NCBI GenBank assembly: GCA_050084515.1
Contig: CM114271.1
Coordinates: 5,084,001 to 5,148,000, forward strand
From: Blasia pusilla
Lineage: Eukaryota
Reading direction: 5' to 3'
Length of the DNA stretch: 64,000 nucleotides
The notes beneath the pieces were generated by a model. The model saw only the letters and a list, made by a program, of their open reading frames with translations, was not told the origin of the DNA and ran no database searches. Every line of letters starts with the position of its first letter. Within the stretch, counting starts at the first letter, position 1. Of the stretch, positions 1 to 14,370 are shown piece after piece. The position numbers were made by a program, and so were the translations under genes.

Positions 1-70
1 ATGCTGGTATCAAAACTAAAATGGTTACTTTCTGCATATAGGTAGGGTTGACTAGAAACATATGTGACAT

Positions 71-387
71 TATGGTTGCACAAAAACGGACAAGTTTGTC
101 CCTAGGACAGATACGGAAAAACAAATTTGGACATGTCCATAGACATGGATTGGAAAATACGGGGACCACACTTATAGTTCATGATGGAAGGCAACGCAAG
201 GGAGGGCAACGCAATAAGGAGGTAGGAGGAGGAAGAAACGAGAAAGTGCAGATCATGAAAGCAAGTGGGGGGACTAAGAAAGAAGGGGGAGATAAGGCCC
301 ACACGGACAATCCATTCTATAGCACCGATGTAAGTCCACGGACATGGAAATGTCCACGGACACGTAATTTGTCCATATGCAACCTTG
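71..387 (-). mobile_element. hAT-type MITE, copy 1
   Basis: Termini tatggttgcaca...tgcaaccttg. Perfect 8-bp TSD tgtgacat at 63-70 and 388-395. Reverse complement of copy 2. Confidence 0.85.
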
Positions 388-1223
388 TGTGACATGGTTA
401 TGAAAAAAGTGGTATAATTTATATACTTGAGTGTAAAGTGAGGGCTATTAAGAAGTTATGGAAAATTTGAGCAAGGGAATTTAAGGGTTCTCTTCCATAG
501 TGGTAAGTTTGCTTGCTAAGCTCCTGATTATAATTCTAAACATAGATCCAATAGCTTTATGCATACTTACAAACACGAAACAATTTACCAACAACAACAA
601 TAGCCACATATAACTATGACCATATGCATTTTATTTTATCAAATTATTTAACCTTATGCATATGCATATTAACAACTTTAGATTTGGCCCCTCCCTACTC
701 CACACTCGTGACTACTTATTATATAATTTTAGAGATTAATTCAAAATCAACTCCATACTCACACTCTATAAGATTACAATCACCAAACATACTATTTGGC
801 TTGACAATAACTTATAAAATATGAATTTTTGGAAAATTCATATTTTCTTACTTTTAAAAAAATCCTTCTTTAACTAAAAAATAATTTTTATTCTAAGAGT
901 GAGATTACAAATAATTTAAACTTGAGAAAAAAAAATCATCTATGTGCTAAAAGTTTTGGGGCTCTAAGCCTCTTCACACGAGTGGTTTACATTCAACCCT
1001 TAGTCTATTAATACACTTTTGTTATCTCTTTTTAATTTTTTTGGTCTCACCCCTCTCCTTGTCCCCTTTCTTTTTTATTGTATGGGTAAGTTGGACCCCT
1101 ACTTTCCCCATGCCAAATGTTAAAGTTAGCGGTTCGTGTATACAACAAAGGCCCTGCATCCACTGCGTATATTTTCGGAAAAAAATTTCTTCCTTCTTTT
1201 CATATGTGAGATTTGTATTTCTC

Positions 1224-1553
1224 CAAGGTTGCAAGTGGACAAAGTTTGTGTCCGCGGACATATCCATGTTCGGGGTCTTACATTCGTGCTATTGAAGAAT
1301 TTGTCCATGTGGACCCCACCTTCCCCTTCTTTTTCATTCCCTCCACTTGCCTTCAAGTTCCATACTTCCCCGTTTCTTCCTCCCTCGATATCCAGTCCCT
1401 CCCTCCTTATTGCCTCACTCGTCCTTACCCTACCTTCCATCATAAGCTATAAGTGTGGGGCCCACCTCTTGTAATTCATATTTGTGGACATGTCCAAACT
1501 TGCCCGTGCATGTCTATCCCAAGGACAAACTTGCCCATTTCTATACATCCATG
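1224..1553 (+). mobile_element. hAT-type MITE, copy 2
   Basis: Starts caaggttgca, degenerate right TIR tatacatccatg. Perfect 8-bp TSD tatttctc at 1216-1223 and 1554-1561. Confidence 0.85.
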
Positions 1554-2419
1554 TATTTCTCTAAACCAAAGTCTTATTTCGTTAACATAATGTGTTGTCT
1601 TTACGTCGATTTGGATAATGGTGGATCCTCCTTAAAGGGTCTGGACGGAACTGGTGGTCTGTTCACAAGTTCGCTTAAGGGGGTCTTGCTCTACCCATAG
1701 GGGACTTGGGAATCCATTCAATCTATACACGCCAATAACATGGACATATACATGAAAAAGTGTGGCCTCTAACACCTATCATAACAAAATGAGTGTTATG
1801 TCATAGTTGATAATTTGGGGGGTTGGAAATATGAAACTAAGGATTGTAAATATCCGTGCATATGCCTCACCTATACCCATACCCATAAGTTATTCCTTAC
1901 TCTATTTATTTCCATTGCAATATCCACTATCTATCCAACCCATCTATTTCTCCACCACCATATCTACTATCGTATTCCATATCCGCAACATACTCTAAAA
2001 ATATATATATATCAAAAACTATCATATGCACATTCAGAAAGATCTTCCATTGATAATAATAGTCCTGAGTATCATTGGTATGATTATTACATCTCCCACT
2101 TTTGTATACAATTTTTTGCAATAAGCTCTTATTCATATACTACGATTTTTATTTCTAATTGAAAGATAACAACTATGTGTCTTTTCCTTACATGAAACAT
2201 TAGATTTTTTTGCTAAATGAATACAATTGATGTTATTTAAAGATATGAAATTTGGATTTAAACATTCTAAGCCTACATATACAAAGAGATTATTAAATGA
2301 AATATATTTGCATCTTGCTATGGTTGCTCATCTCGATTTCTCTTATGTTTAAAACCATGCAACTTTAGTTGTTTCTTATAAGCCCAACGTACTACAACAC
2401 TTCCAAATCTCAATGTGTA

Positions 2420-5400
2420 TCCAAAAGTTGATGTTGTATTAAGGGCTCTTCTTGTTCCCTTAAACCAATTTACATCAGTATATTCCTATCACTATAAAGG
2501 CTTTGGGAATAAATAGTGAAGTCCAAAATTAATTCTAAATTTCATGTACCTCAAGATACACCTCATTGCATCAATATGGAATTTTAGTGGTGATTGCACG
2601 AATTGAATAACTAAACAACCACATAATTGAGATTTGACCCTTGTGATAGTCAAATAGATCAAGCTTTCAACCATATTATGATGGGTGTTAGGATTACTTA
2701 TCTCATCACCTTCATCTACTCTTAGCTTCACACTCTAGTCTTATGACATTAAGACATGCTTGCAAACTATCATGTTGAGCGCAATAAATTTATCAACATT
2801 ATATTGGCATCAAAGTAGCCACGTATCATCTCCATCATAGAAGAACTCTATACTAAGAAAGTATTTGAGCTCTCTTAAGTCTCACGATTCAAATTTGTCT
2901 TGAAATATATTGGCCTTTGATCCTTTTTTTATCAAATTCTCACTACTCTTAGCCATAATTCTATCATTAACATATATAATGATGATAATCAAATATCCTT
3001 CATACTTTAAGTAAATAGAGTGAAGAATATGAATTGTAAATTACTTGTAAATTCCCAAAGATCCTTGGATTTTAGCTTAACAATTCATATTCTTCATGCT
3101 TCGAATATTGTAAATTACTTGTAAATTCCCAAAGATCCTTGGATATTCGAAGCATGGAAGTTGAATGAGGAATAAAATACTCTACTCCATTGTCTCTTGG
3201 GATATCTTATTGATAAATTATTCCATATCTTCCATCTAGACCTTTATTTGCTTCACTAGATATAATTTCTTATAGTCTCAACCTTACACACTATAGACCT
3301 CTAGACTTTTAAGAGTTGATAATTGAAACTATAGACCTCTATTTGTGTTGTTGGATAATGCTCCTCAATCATACCTTCCCCATGATTCTGGATTGGCAAG
3401 CTAATATGGTTGTTTATGTCATAACTTCATTTCATCAAACCCATATCTCTACAAGAGAAAAACTACCTAGTGGAAGGATAATAACACCCAAACCCCTTAG
3501 AATATATAATATAGCCCAAGAAGATGCATCTTTTTGCTTTTCTATATAACTTCTTGTGGGTTTCATTTGGAATATAAACAAAGCACTTTTGACCAGATAT
3601 CTTAAGAAATATCTCAAGCTGGTTTTCTACAGATGCTTATTATATTGTTTTGAATATATTGTTGGTGTAGGCATTTAATTTATGAGATGTTTTGCACACA
3701 AATTATTTCTACCTAATACACCTTAGGCACACTCTTCTCGTTCAACATAGCCTTTTATGTTTCTGCTATATATCAATTCTTCCTCTCTAATATTGTGATT
3801 TGGAATATAAATTTATGTAACTTGCCTATTGATGCCATGTTAAATATAATAGGAAGGCATCAATTTTACCAAATTTAAACTCTTTCTCCATTTGATATCA
3901 AATTCATAATACAATGTCTAGATTGCTTCTCTACTATGTTCTTGAAATTATGAAAGATCTTAAATACATTTGATTTTTCTTTCAAGAAGTACATCCATAT
4001 CCTTCTGGAAAAAATAAGGAATAAGGGATACAAACTACAAATTTCCACTCGAGCTAGGATGATATATTATTCACGTATTTGTATGAACATATTTGTATAT
4101 AGCATTTCCAAAATCATTAATATCAAAGGATGGAAGGATAAACAAAATTTAACCATATGATTAATTCAATATTATATACCATCTCGGATCATAATAATTG
4201 TTTGGAGTCTTAATGAGTCTTCATATCATTTAATATCCATAAATCAATCTATATTCTTATGGGAGAGTGCCTTCTTGATTTGCAAACAACTCTCTGCTTG
4301 ACACATGGCAACTGGGCAACAAAAAATTGTTTCACATACTACGGGCACCAAGAAAAAATTTGAATTTATGTGCAGGATCAATAATCTTTTCCCTTCATGA
4401 CCTATACACTATCTCTTCAAACACTATTTATTTCGCATGTATTGCACGAGCACCTCATCTATATTATTATGGGAGAGGGCCTTCTTGATTTGCAACACTT
4501 TTCTACTTGACTCGTGGCAACTGGGCAACAAGAAAAAATTTCACATGCTACGGGCAGCAAGAGAAATTTTGAATTTATGTGCAACATCATTAATCTCTTC
4601 CCTTCATGGGCTATACACGTGGCTTTTCAAACACTTTTTATTTTGCGTGCATGGCACAGGCACCTTATCTATATTATTATGGGAGAGTGTCTTCTTGATT
4701 TGTAAAAACACCTTTATATTTGACACGTGGCAATGGGCAGCAAGAAAATGTTTCACATGCTACGGGCAGCAAGAGAAAATTTGAATTTATATGCAACATA
4801 ATTAATCTCTTCCTTTCACGGGCTATACACTAGCTCTTCAAACACTTTTTTATTCCGTATGCGTCGCGCATGCACCTTCTCTATATTATTATGAGAGAAT
4901 GACTTCTTGATTTGCAAACACTTCTATACTTGACACGTGGCAATTGGATAGCAAGAAAATGTTTCACATGCTACGGACAACAAGAAAAAGATTGAATTTA
5001 TGTGCAACATCATTAATCTCTTCCCTTCACATGCTATATACTAGCTCTTCAAACACTTTTTTTATTTCGCGTGCATCACACAGACACCTTATCTATATTA
5101 TTATGGGAGATTACCTTCTTGATTTGCAAACACCTCTCTGCTTGACACGTGGCAACTGGGCAGCAAGAAAATGTTTCACATGCTACGGGAAGTAAGAATA
5201 GAATTTGAATTTATGTGCAACATCATTAATCTTTTTCTTTGACAGGCTATACACTAGCTCTTCAAACACTTTTTTATTTCTCATGCATTGTACGGGCACC
5301 TTACTAGTGTTCTGTTCTTCACCACTAGTGCTTAGGCTCTTTGATTCCATTATGTGATTCATGGTCAAAACTTGCTTATCACTTTGATACCATTCAACAT

Positions 5401-6250
5401 AATTCTATTGTGGAAGCACTCACGATTTAATATCATTATATTTCTTAAATAAACTTTTGGTGTAATGATATTTGAACTTGTAGTAGTTGGAAGATCTATG
5501 TGGTTGATAATATGGATTGTGGGCATTTATTCTTTTCTCTAACAAATTTGTTTCAATGATCTTTTTGTGTTTAAAAAAATATCTTAGTAGCCTTAATTCC
5601 AAACCTCGAGCCAAATCTTCCAAAAAAATTATAATTATCGTGGATTTTTATTTCCACAGGATTTTTATCTTTTTGTCCTCCTTTATAATATGCGTGTTTC
5701 TACAAACTACATGAAGAAACACTTGGCTTCAATCGGATCTCTTAAATGATTAGAAATAAAATTCAAGTGTTGGGATTGTATCCATAATAAATATGGATGT
5801 TTGGAAAAAATATGTATTCCTCTCTTAATCCTCTAAGCGTGATCCTTATAAGATCATCATCATATGTGACAACCATAATTTTCCTAATTGATAAAAAAAT
5901 ATGTTTAATACTTAGGATGCAATCTAAAAGACTAAGATCATTTCCTTATTTTCATTAATTGTTTCTTCCATTGTAATTTCCTAACTCTAGTATAAAATTC
6001 AGAAACTTTAGCTCGTGAATCTCTCACATCCTTTGGCTTTAATGCATCTTGAATATGACCTATTATAGATGCATCAATTATAATTGATAGCCGTTGATAG
6101 CCTACCTTACCCTCTTGTTCCATGCTTTGATATCTAGATCTATGTTGATGGAATCTCTAATAGGCTTCAATTTGTTGCCCGTGAGTTGATCCATAATTCA
6201 TGACCTATAAATAAATTCTTGATTCTTACCTTCCATGGATACTAATTTAT
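2420..6250 (-). mobile_element. Degenerate Ty1/copia relic (gag about 5750-6240, integrase about 3650-4060, RT about 2420-3150), interrupted by the Helitron array
   Basis: Minus-strand peptides: GHIQDALKPKDVRD..TRVRKLQWKKQL (copia gag), WMYFLKEKSNVFKIFHNFKNIVEKQS (integrase), SLIYLTITR..VIQFVQSP..HIDAMRCILRYMK (RT end). Order gag-INT-RT is copia-type. Confidence 0.8.
4248..5307 (+). mobile_element. Head-to-tail array of five ~211-bp non-autonomous Helitron units
   Basis: Units start TCTATATT at 4248, 4458, 4668, 4880 and 5092. Each ends in a cgtgca-n-tgcacg-like hairpin. The array ends CTAG (5304-5307) and sits between A4247 and T5308. Confidence 0.85.
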
Positions 6251-7781
6251 CCACTCCAATTTCTCTCCAATGATTGAAGAAATGGATTGAAAATTGAACA
6301 ATTTTTAAGAATGTGAAAGTTTTGAATCATAATTCTGTATATTTTTTGGGCATAAATACATACTTTTGGTCTATTTTTCAGTGGTTTTATGGGATTGCTA
6401 TTGGAGAAAATCATTTAAAAAATATTTCAGCAAAATTGATATTTTCAATGAAACAAATGTCTTGGTGTTTTCTACCTCGAGCCAAAAATTATAAACCCAC
6501 CAAATTTTCACAAAATTTGAAATGTACTTAAAAATAGTGCCAATAGAAATTTGATACACCAATCATTTATACGATATTTTGATTTTCTCATATTTTGTTG
6601 GTCTCGAAACAAGCATTTCTACCATTCCAAGTGTACTTTTCCCCAATAGATCATATTCTTCTATTGCTCTTGTTACAAATATATTACTCACCTGATTATC
6701 CTTCACACACTTCAAATTTGTAATACCATGTAAGAACTACCAACTATGCAAAGTTTGCAAAGTGTACGCACCCACACATAACACTCACACATAGAGGATA
6801 GACAACTAGCTTTTGTAAAGAACACGAATGAAAATATGTACGAATAGAACAAAAGAGCCTTATTTATTTGTATAAATGTCCAGAAAAGAAGTGTTTGTAT
6901 TGGAATCCTAAAAAAAGGCTTATCACCTCATCCTAGATAATTTCCTTGTGCACACAAGTCATCTCAACCTACAAAGCTTACTTTTCTTACCTATTATTAC
7001 AGTGAACTACTAAAGTTATCTCAAGCTTGAGCATATATCAACACTTCATATGAATATACTGCAACATAAGTATTTATACGTACTAATTGACTTGTTATCT
7101 CATCAAAGAAAAAAAATATGATAACACCAATTTCTATGTTATCTCTTACACTCTTACGATAAATCATATAGGAGAATATTATTATTGTGTAGCAACATGA
7201 TGTTATTTGCTCTTCTCCATTATCTTCATATTTTGGATGAGAAATCTTCCCATCAAGTGTTCGATGGGAAAAAAAAAACTGATCATTACTAGAAAATTTC
7301 AAAATAAACAAACTTATGAACTTGCAAATATCAGTAGAATTACAATATTATCCATGCATCAAAGTCTAAATTAAAGAATTGGAAAATACACATACTCCCT
7401 TCACTACAAATCTTATTTATCAAGCTTGCCTTGAATATAAACCATAGTATGTATAATATCAAACTCCTCAACACAAAATAATTAATATTGAAAACATCTA
7501 TAATCAATATTAAAATTGGAATAAATGAAAAGGACAAAGAAGTACTTAACTATGATTCCATCTACCCATGGATACTCTATAGTATATACGATAGTTGGTC
7601 AAGGGTGAAATTAAGTTGTGATATTAATTGAAATTATCTCATCTTCATGATTTCCTTGCAAATACATTATTTGAGATCTTAAGACCATCTAAAAAACTCA
7701 TATTAAAGCTTTTGGAAAGATGTGGTGGTGGGTGTACATTGATAACTAGTACTCAATCCATGAGACCTTCACAACCATATT

Positions 7782-8466
7782 CAAGGTTGCACACGAACAA
7801 ATTATGTATCCGCATACATGTCTATACGTACACGGGTACCTGCGGCTCGCACTTGAGCTCGTCTGCCTCGCCCACAATGAAAACCTCGGCTTGACAGCCC
7901 GCACCCATTTTGTAGCGTGTATTGGCTCGCCCTAGGTCCGTAGGGAGGGTCCAACCCGCCTTTCCGCGCGCAAGATTATATATATATACAAATTCTGTAT
8001 CCGCATATACGTCCATGTCTATGGAGTTACGTTCACACTATTGAAGGACTTGTCCATGTGGGTCCCATCTCCCCCTTCTTTCTCATCCCCCCCACCTTAC
8101 CTTCATGATCCATATTTTCTCCTTTCTTCATTCTCCCACCTCTACGCCCCCCCCTTATTGCACCACCTACCCTTGCCTTGCCTTTCACCATGACCTATAA
8201 ATATGGCTCCACCTTTTACGATCCATGTCCGTGGACATGTCCAAACTTTTCCGTAGTAGGGATGGACTTGTATATTTTTGTGCAAGCATGGCCCTGGGCC
8301 CCGTGAGGGTTAGGCAAGCGCTCATAACCCGCACAACTATTTGATCCTTGCCTTGATAAGCCCACACCCGCGTCCTAAGCTTACGCGCGCCATTAGGGTG
8401 CCAAAAAATGGGGGAAGGGGATCCGTTGGGCATGTTTGTGGACATGTCCGTTTCTGTGCAACCTTA
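7782..8466 (+). mobile_element. hAT-type MITE, longer variant (copy 3)
   Basis: TIRs caaggttgcaca / tgtgcaacctta. 8-bp TSD accatatt / accataat (one mismatch). Internal similarity to copies 1 and 2. Confidence 0.85.
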
Positions 8467-9256
8467 ACCATAATCCTCTTGTACATATGTGATATTGTAA
8501 AAATAGTTCTAGACGTTGGTATGTATTATCCCATTGTTACGTCATAAAATTCATCTATATAAGATCTCAATGGAATATTTTAACATTAATAGGATATCGA
8601 ATATATATATTACCAATGATACATGTATGGCTATGGGAGGTACCAGACGAGGAGTTAGTATCACGAGTGTTGCACCTTTTTGATATGCCCTACAAAATTT
8701 ATGCATAAAAATGGTTTCTTTTTGTAAATTTTTGATGACCTTAATCCACATCCTACCACAATTCACCTTTGTAAACTCAATAAGGAGGAATCTAGTGAAA
8801 AATTCTAAGTATGGCATATTCTAATACAATCTCCATGTGGCATTAGCATATGTATCTAGTAATTTGACATACATGAGTTGATCCCCCTCCCCACAAAGGC
8901 GCAAGCTTTACTTTTTTTGTAGAAAGGGAACAAATGAGAAAAATATGGGAAATAGCATACTTGAGATAATGAGATGAATGTCTATTAGCTATATATGTAT
9001 ATTTTGTGATTAATTACTAATGTGTCAACTCCCAATAAGCCTCGAAATTCTAATCCAAGTTTTTTCGTAACTTGATATTTTCCATATCTATGGGAAATCG
9101 CAAGTTCTTTTGCAATAAATTATTAAAATTTATTAATGTATAAAAAATCAAACTACATAATTTTACAATATAGTTGCATAATTTATATAATAGATATAAG
9201 TGCTATGTCGCTTACTGATCAAATATCATGGGCATGACTTTCTAAAATATCTCTAC

Positions 9257-9852
9257 TGTGACATCTTAGTTAGCCAACATATAGAGTTCTACTATATTGA
9301 TAACGTCGAAGATGTTTGGGCATAACGTTGCCTCAAGAATTGAGAGGATACTATAGACAATTTTGTTGCATCAGGGTTGTCGTTTAGGAAAATTCCCCTC
9401 TTTTGCTATTTTGGGTCGCGTAACACGTTGATTCACTTAACAATCACTCAATAACCTATGTGTGCAAGTAAACGATTTTAAGGCCATTTTTGGGGAAAGG
9501 CTTTTTACTCTTCCTAAGAGTATAAGAGAGAGAGGTATGGCTTTCTCAAACCATCCTTCTCATACTAAGCTTTTGGAGCATTTCTATTGCTAGGTTTTGT
9601 TTGGAGCTAGTGAGTTAGAGTGTGAATTCCCTCATTAGAGGATGGATATGTCTTGATATTACGTGTAGATTTGAGAATGGAGTTGGCCTTATGAATAATT
9701 TTAACTTTGATATTGTTTCGTGGTCTTGGTGTACATGCATGAATGTATTCATTTGCGGATGGATCTACTCATTTGTTGGAAGAACAATGTTATATGTTTG
9801 TGTAGATGTGATTCGCAATGTGAATTGTATAGTGATGTCTGAGTGCACAACA
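9257..9852 (+). mobile_element. Degenerate solo A+B terminal unit, split-repeat retroelement subfamily 2
   Basis: TG...CA ends, 596 bp, the same length as 18397-18992 and homologous to its reverse complement. 4-bp TSD ctac/ctaa. Confidence 0.7.
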
Positions 9853-10519
9853 CTAATACACTACCCATTGAGACCGTGCTTGCATCCACACATGAGTATC
9901 ATTGAGGTTCCTCATCTCACTAGTACGATGAATAATCATAAGCAAATTGCGCTCTTAACCATAGAGAAAAAAGTAAGGGGAAAAGGATACCTACTTGCTA
10001 AACCTATAGCCCACTTCCAATCACAAAAAAATTTAGCTCTAATCTCCTACGCAACCTCTCTATAAGCCATATTTGTAGAAAACCCTCTTCAGCATGTGGA
10101 AAATTTTCCATATTAGACCGTACACCTTAAGATGACCTTACGATTGTTGTATTGTGCTCAATTAATGTTTGATCACTCGAGATCTAAAACCAACTAAAAA
10201 AATCAATATTTTTGTTCGTCAGTATATTTACTAATACCTAAGATTCATTCAAAATTCAAATTCAATTTAAGAATTCATACTCTACTCCTTTACTCACTTT
10301 GTGTGAAAATTTAACCAATTATATTGACTCCAATAAATTATTGGCCATATTCCAAAAATAATGGTTGTCCCACTCCATAATAGTAAAGGCCATACAAAAT
10401 CCAAACTCTATTTGTAGCCTAAAACGATAATTTAGAGTGGGTGAAATTATGGAGTCAAAGCATAAAAAGATGTTCAGACACTACCACATACTATGAATAT
10501 GAAAAAAAAAAAATCTTAC

Positions 10520-13500
10520 ATTCATATACATGTCATACCTCCAAGATTATACCCAAAGCAAGTTGTGTGTCTCTTTGACTCTAGAATGCCCCAACTCCTT
10601 ATGGGCATGCGCTTTATATATAGTGTGCTCTGTATGAAGGATGAGGCACTAGTCATATTCTACTATCCTCGTAACACTTGTGCCCACTCCCTTTAGAACT
10701 ATTGGGCTTACTATAGGATCTATTTTTCTATCTAGCGCCAATGTGCTTGCTATGTTTCCAATTCATAAATACTCCAAGATTTCTTTATCCTCATGGATCT
10801 TAATCACCTATCACCTTCTCACCAACCTCTAGATCTAAGGACTTTGCATTTAACCTTGATGTTTAAGACAATGCTACAAAGCTATCCCTAAGGCTCTTCA
10901 TGACAACAAAATCCAAGTTGGAAAATGCATGCCATTTAAGCACAAGCTCTTCATCCCTCTCACCATACCAATCATCTCCAATTGCATCTCGATGATTCGA
11001 GTATGGGTCATGATTCGTCCCATCTAAATCATGATTGAATTTCCTATGTCGATGTACCCTTATAAATTATACTTGTGCAACAATTGCTATCTTCTTCGTG
11101 ATGTTTTTAGACTCCATCAACTAATTAATTTGGTAGTTGGTGATTACAAATGGCAGTAAAGGAATTACCAAATAAGTAACATCTAAAATATGTGAGAGCC
11201 CACCATCTAGCTAAATAGTCATTTGCATCCTTGTACAAGTTCTACTTTGCTCTTTAGCGTTATTTGAGCGGCTAACATAATCTGATACAAACTCTCTTAT
11301 CTTTATCATTATACAGAGTGAGGATTTCTCCAAGCCCTAATATACTTCAATATGGGTATAGCTAGAAAGGATGTCTCCCAATTGGACTACTTGGGGATAA
11401 GTTGGGACATAGATATGTCCTTGAGCAATTGGAATGCTCTCTCTTACTCATTCTTCCAGTTCCACGTATGATCCAACTTTGTTAACAACATAAGGGGCTT
11501 TGCAATTGTGATGAATCCCTGAATATACCATTGATAGAAGTTTTCCAATCCCATAAATATACAAATTTGACTCATATCCATTGAGCATAGAGTGTGTGAG
11601 ATGGCCCCTACCTTTATCTGCTATATATCAAGTCCTCTTAGGTATATCATGTGATCCAAGTAGTCAATCTAATCATAGAAGAACTTGCATTTTTCTATAC
11701 GTAGTTGCGACACATATAATTGCAATACTCGAATCACCACTATGAGGTGTTGCTCCTACATACTCTCAACCATGGTGTTGAAGACTATGACATCATTACT
11801 TTTAACATCTAGAAAAATCCAAACCTTCAAAGATGTATCTATGACTCTATGAAACTTTGGTAGGGCATTTTTAAATCCAAGATCTAGAAGAACCACCATT
11901 GGTAGAAATAATACTCATACCTAAATCATGGGGTAAATGTATAAAAAAAGCACTCTTGTGACTCCTTATGACCTAATGTATTCAGCGCCACTACTCTCTT
12001 GTCAATTTGGGTTCAACCTTTAACTCCCAAGTCTCTATTGTGGTTACGGTAGGACTCTCCAATATTGGGGTTGATTAGTATTGTGAAACTTTTGAGTAAT
12101 AATGATACTCAAAAACTCACCTCTAACTAACTTAAATGTCTCTAGTCTTGGCGCTCCTCGGTGATCAAGATTATCCTCTGTGCTAAGTACAATGATTGCC
12201 ATCTCTCAATGTAGTTAGATCACATCCCAAGAAGCCCATAGGTGTCTATCATGAGCTCCTTTGGTTTATGAATATCCTCTAGCTTCACCCACCTAATCAT
12301 TGCATATATCACCTTGATAGGCAAGGGTCTCAGAAGTGCCTGAGATGAGATCCATCTGGATTGTGTTCGACGTTGCTTAACCACTTCGAAATTGATAATC
12401 CGCGTCAAGTAGTTCAAGTCCACTTCTTGACCCAAAATATGACATTTGTATGCTTATGAAAATTATGGCATTGTCATCATACCTATGGGAAATCCCATCA
12501 TGCACTCTTGTTGGTTGTATAGAGCGCCAACACATAAAAAATGCCTTCTTATCAACATTGGACTTCACAAACTATTGTGCTTGATCATCTGGATCCAAAA
12601 TCAAGCCGGGGCTACCCTCCTTGTAAGCATAAGAGGCAAGGAAAGTCACCAACATGGGTAGTGTTGCATGTGGCATATCTATCCTATTGACTATTATCAA
12701 CAACCATTGATCCTCATATTGCAATGCTTGCGATTGACATCCATAAACAAAAATAGAATCCTCCAACAATCATGACACTCTTGGATATACCCTCTTTGAA
12801 ACCTCATGTGGCAGCAAGTTCATCCATCATATGCATATATAATGTGCTAACTAACATTGGTTGTATCCCAAAATAATCCAGGTTTGATATATATGCAAAC
12901 TCGATGTACACTCCTTACCACCTGTGCCAAAGAGTTGTTTGACAATAATACGCTATTGAGATTGTATGTTAGGGAATGAGATTGATGCTCATACAAATGT
13001 CACAAAATGCGCATCATTTCCCAAAAAAACATGGCTTTGGGGTCTCCCAAGCCACTTCTGCATCCAACACTCAAGTAACCCCGACATGGACAACGTGCAA
13101 TCATGAAATAGGCAATACCAATCTGGTATAGATCTTCCACCCCCGATAGAGAGATACCCTTTGGCAAAGAAATCTAATAAGCGCATATTGTTTTCATTGA
13201 TAATGGATTTACAAAATGTGGCTTCTATTGAGCTACAAGTTGAATTCAGACTCATCTTGCTCCACATATAAGCACTAATGTACGTGAAGACTTGCGTGTA
13301 TCATTGTAGCCAAACTAGAGATTATCCCTCTAAAAAGATCCAACGCTCTTACACGCTTCTTTGAAATTTTCCATATAATTAGTGTGCTTTCCAAAGGTAA
13401 CAATGTAGCACTTCCAACCACCTTGAGCTCCTTTGATCCGTTTGGACTTGGTGCAATGGTCTCACTCATTCTAGGTTGTATGCACAAGCTTAATTTCTGA

Positions 13501-14370
13501 CACTTCGTTAGAGCAACCTCTCCTCCATAAACATATGCGGTCATCATGACACAAGGGATAATCACTAGTTTAGGTTACCATAGGTATATTATACATAGGG
13601 GTATCCTTCTCATAAACATGCAACTAAATCAAAACCCCTATTTAGATGATGGCGGTGTCGAATATCAATAATGTTTCCATGTCTTGTGGTTGTTGTTCTC
13701 ACACACCGTACATAAACTTTATTGGAAATAAAATAACCACTCCATTATCAGACGACCATCTTGGCCCATAGGATCGAAGCTATCATCTCCAAGTTATTTA
13801 GGGTGAACCCCATTGAGTATAACATTACTCCACCAACAAAGATAACATTACTCCACCAACGAAGATATCGTCACTATTGTCTTGGCCCACAACACTGACT
13901 CATCTGTGGGATGCTTTAGTCTAAACCATATCAATATCTCATGTTGCCCAAAATCAACTCAAGTTAGGCCCAAACATATAAAACTTGCCTTCCCTACTAT
14001 GAAGGGTTGCAGTCTTGAACCCAAGAAGATACATTGCAATAAACAAATTTGAGCTTATGGCCTAACCAAATGAAGTATGTCACCTTTGTCATATCATTTA
14101 TCATCGAGCAAGAGTATGTAGCATGCCTCGATAGGGAAGCTATGTATGTAGTTAGGTGTTGAGGGTCAAGGAGTGACGAATTGATCTTCCTTGGTAAGCT
14201 CCGTGCAAATGTCATCCTTTAGAAGCTTTGTTGGAAGTTCTTGATTTGTTATGGACCTATTGTACAAGTTGAGGTGACATGTATGTATATTTCAACTTCT
14301 TCAAGCCTTGGGAGCCTTGAGAGGGGTATATCCCGATGGAAGGCTTGAATATGTTCATCTCCCCTTAATT
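10520..14370 (-). mobile_element. Old degenerate copy of the DNMT-carrying gypsy element (PR-DNMT-RT-RH-INT N-terminus)
   Basis: Colinear with about 40000-44080. GLENFYQWYIQGFITIAKPL (RT/RH linker, about 11500), integrase Zn-finger region at about 10540-10680, DNMT motifs at 12400-13360. Confidence 0.8.
12400..13360 (-). pseudogene. DNMT3-like C5 cytosine methyltransferase relic (second copy)
   Basis: VRALDLFRGI (motif I); IARCPCRGYLSVGCRSGLGDPKAMFFWEMMRIL (motif IV); IVNRIDMPHATLPMLVTFLASYAYKEGSPGLI; GQEVDLNYLTRI (motif X). Confidence 0.8.

Noticed and set aside
6719-7001. Possible solo LTR (TGTAATA...TATTACA)
   Set aside because: No TSD, no adjacent PBS or PPT, and no second copy in the window.
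7021-7540. Possible hAT transposase relic (FFDEITS)
   Set aside because: Similarity is too short and degenerate to support without a profile search.
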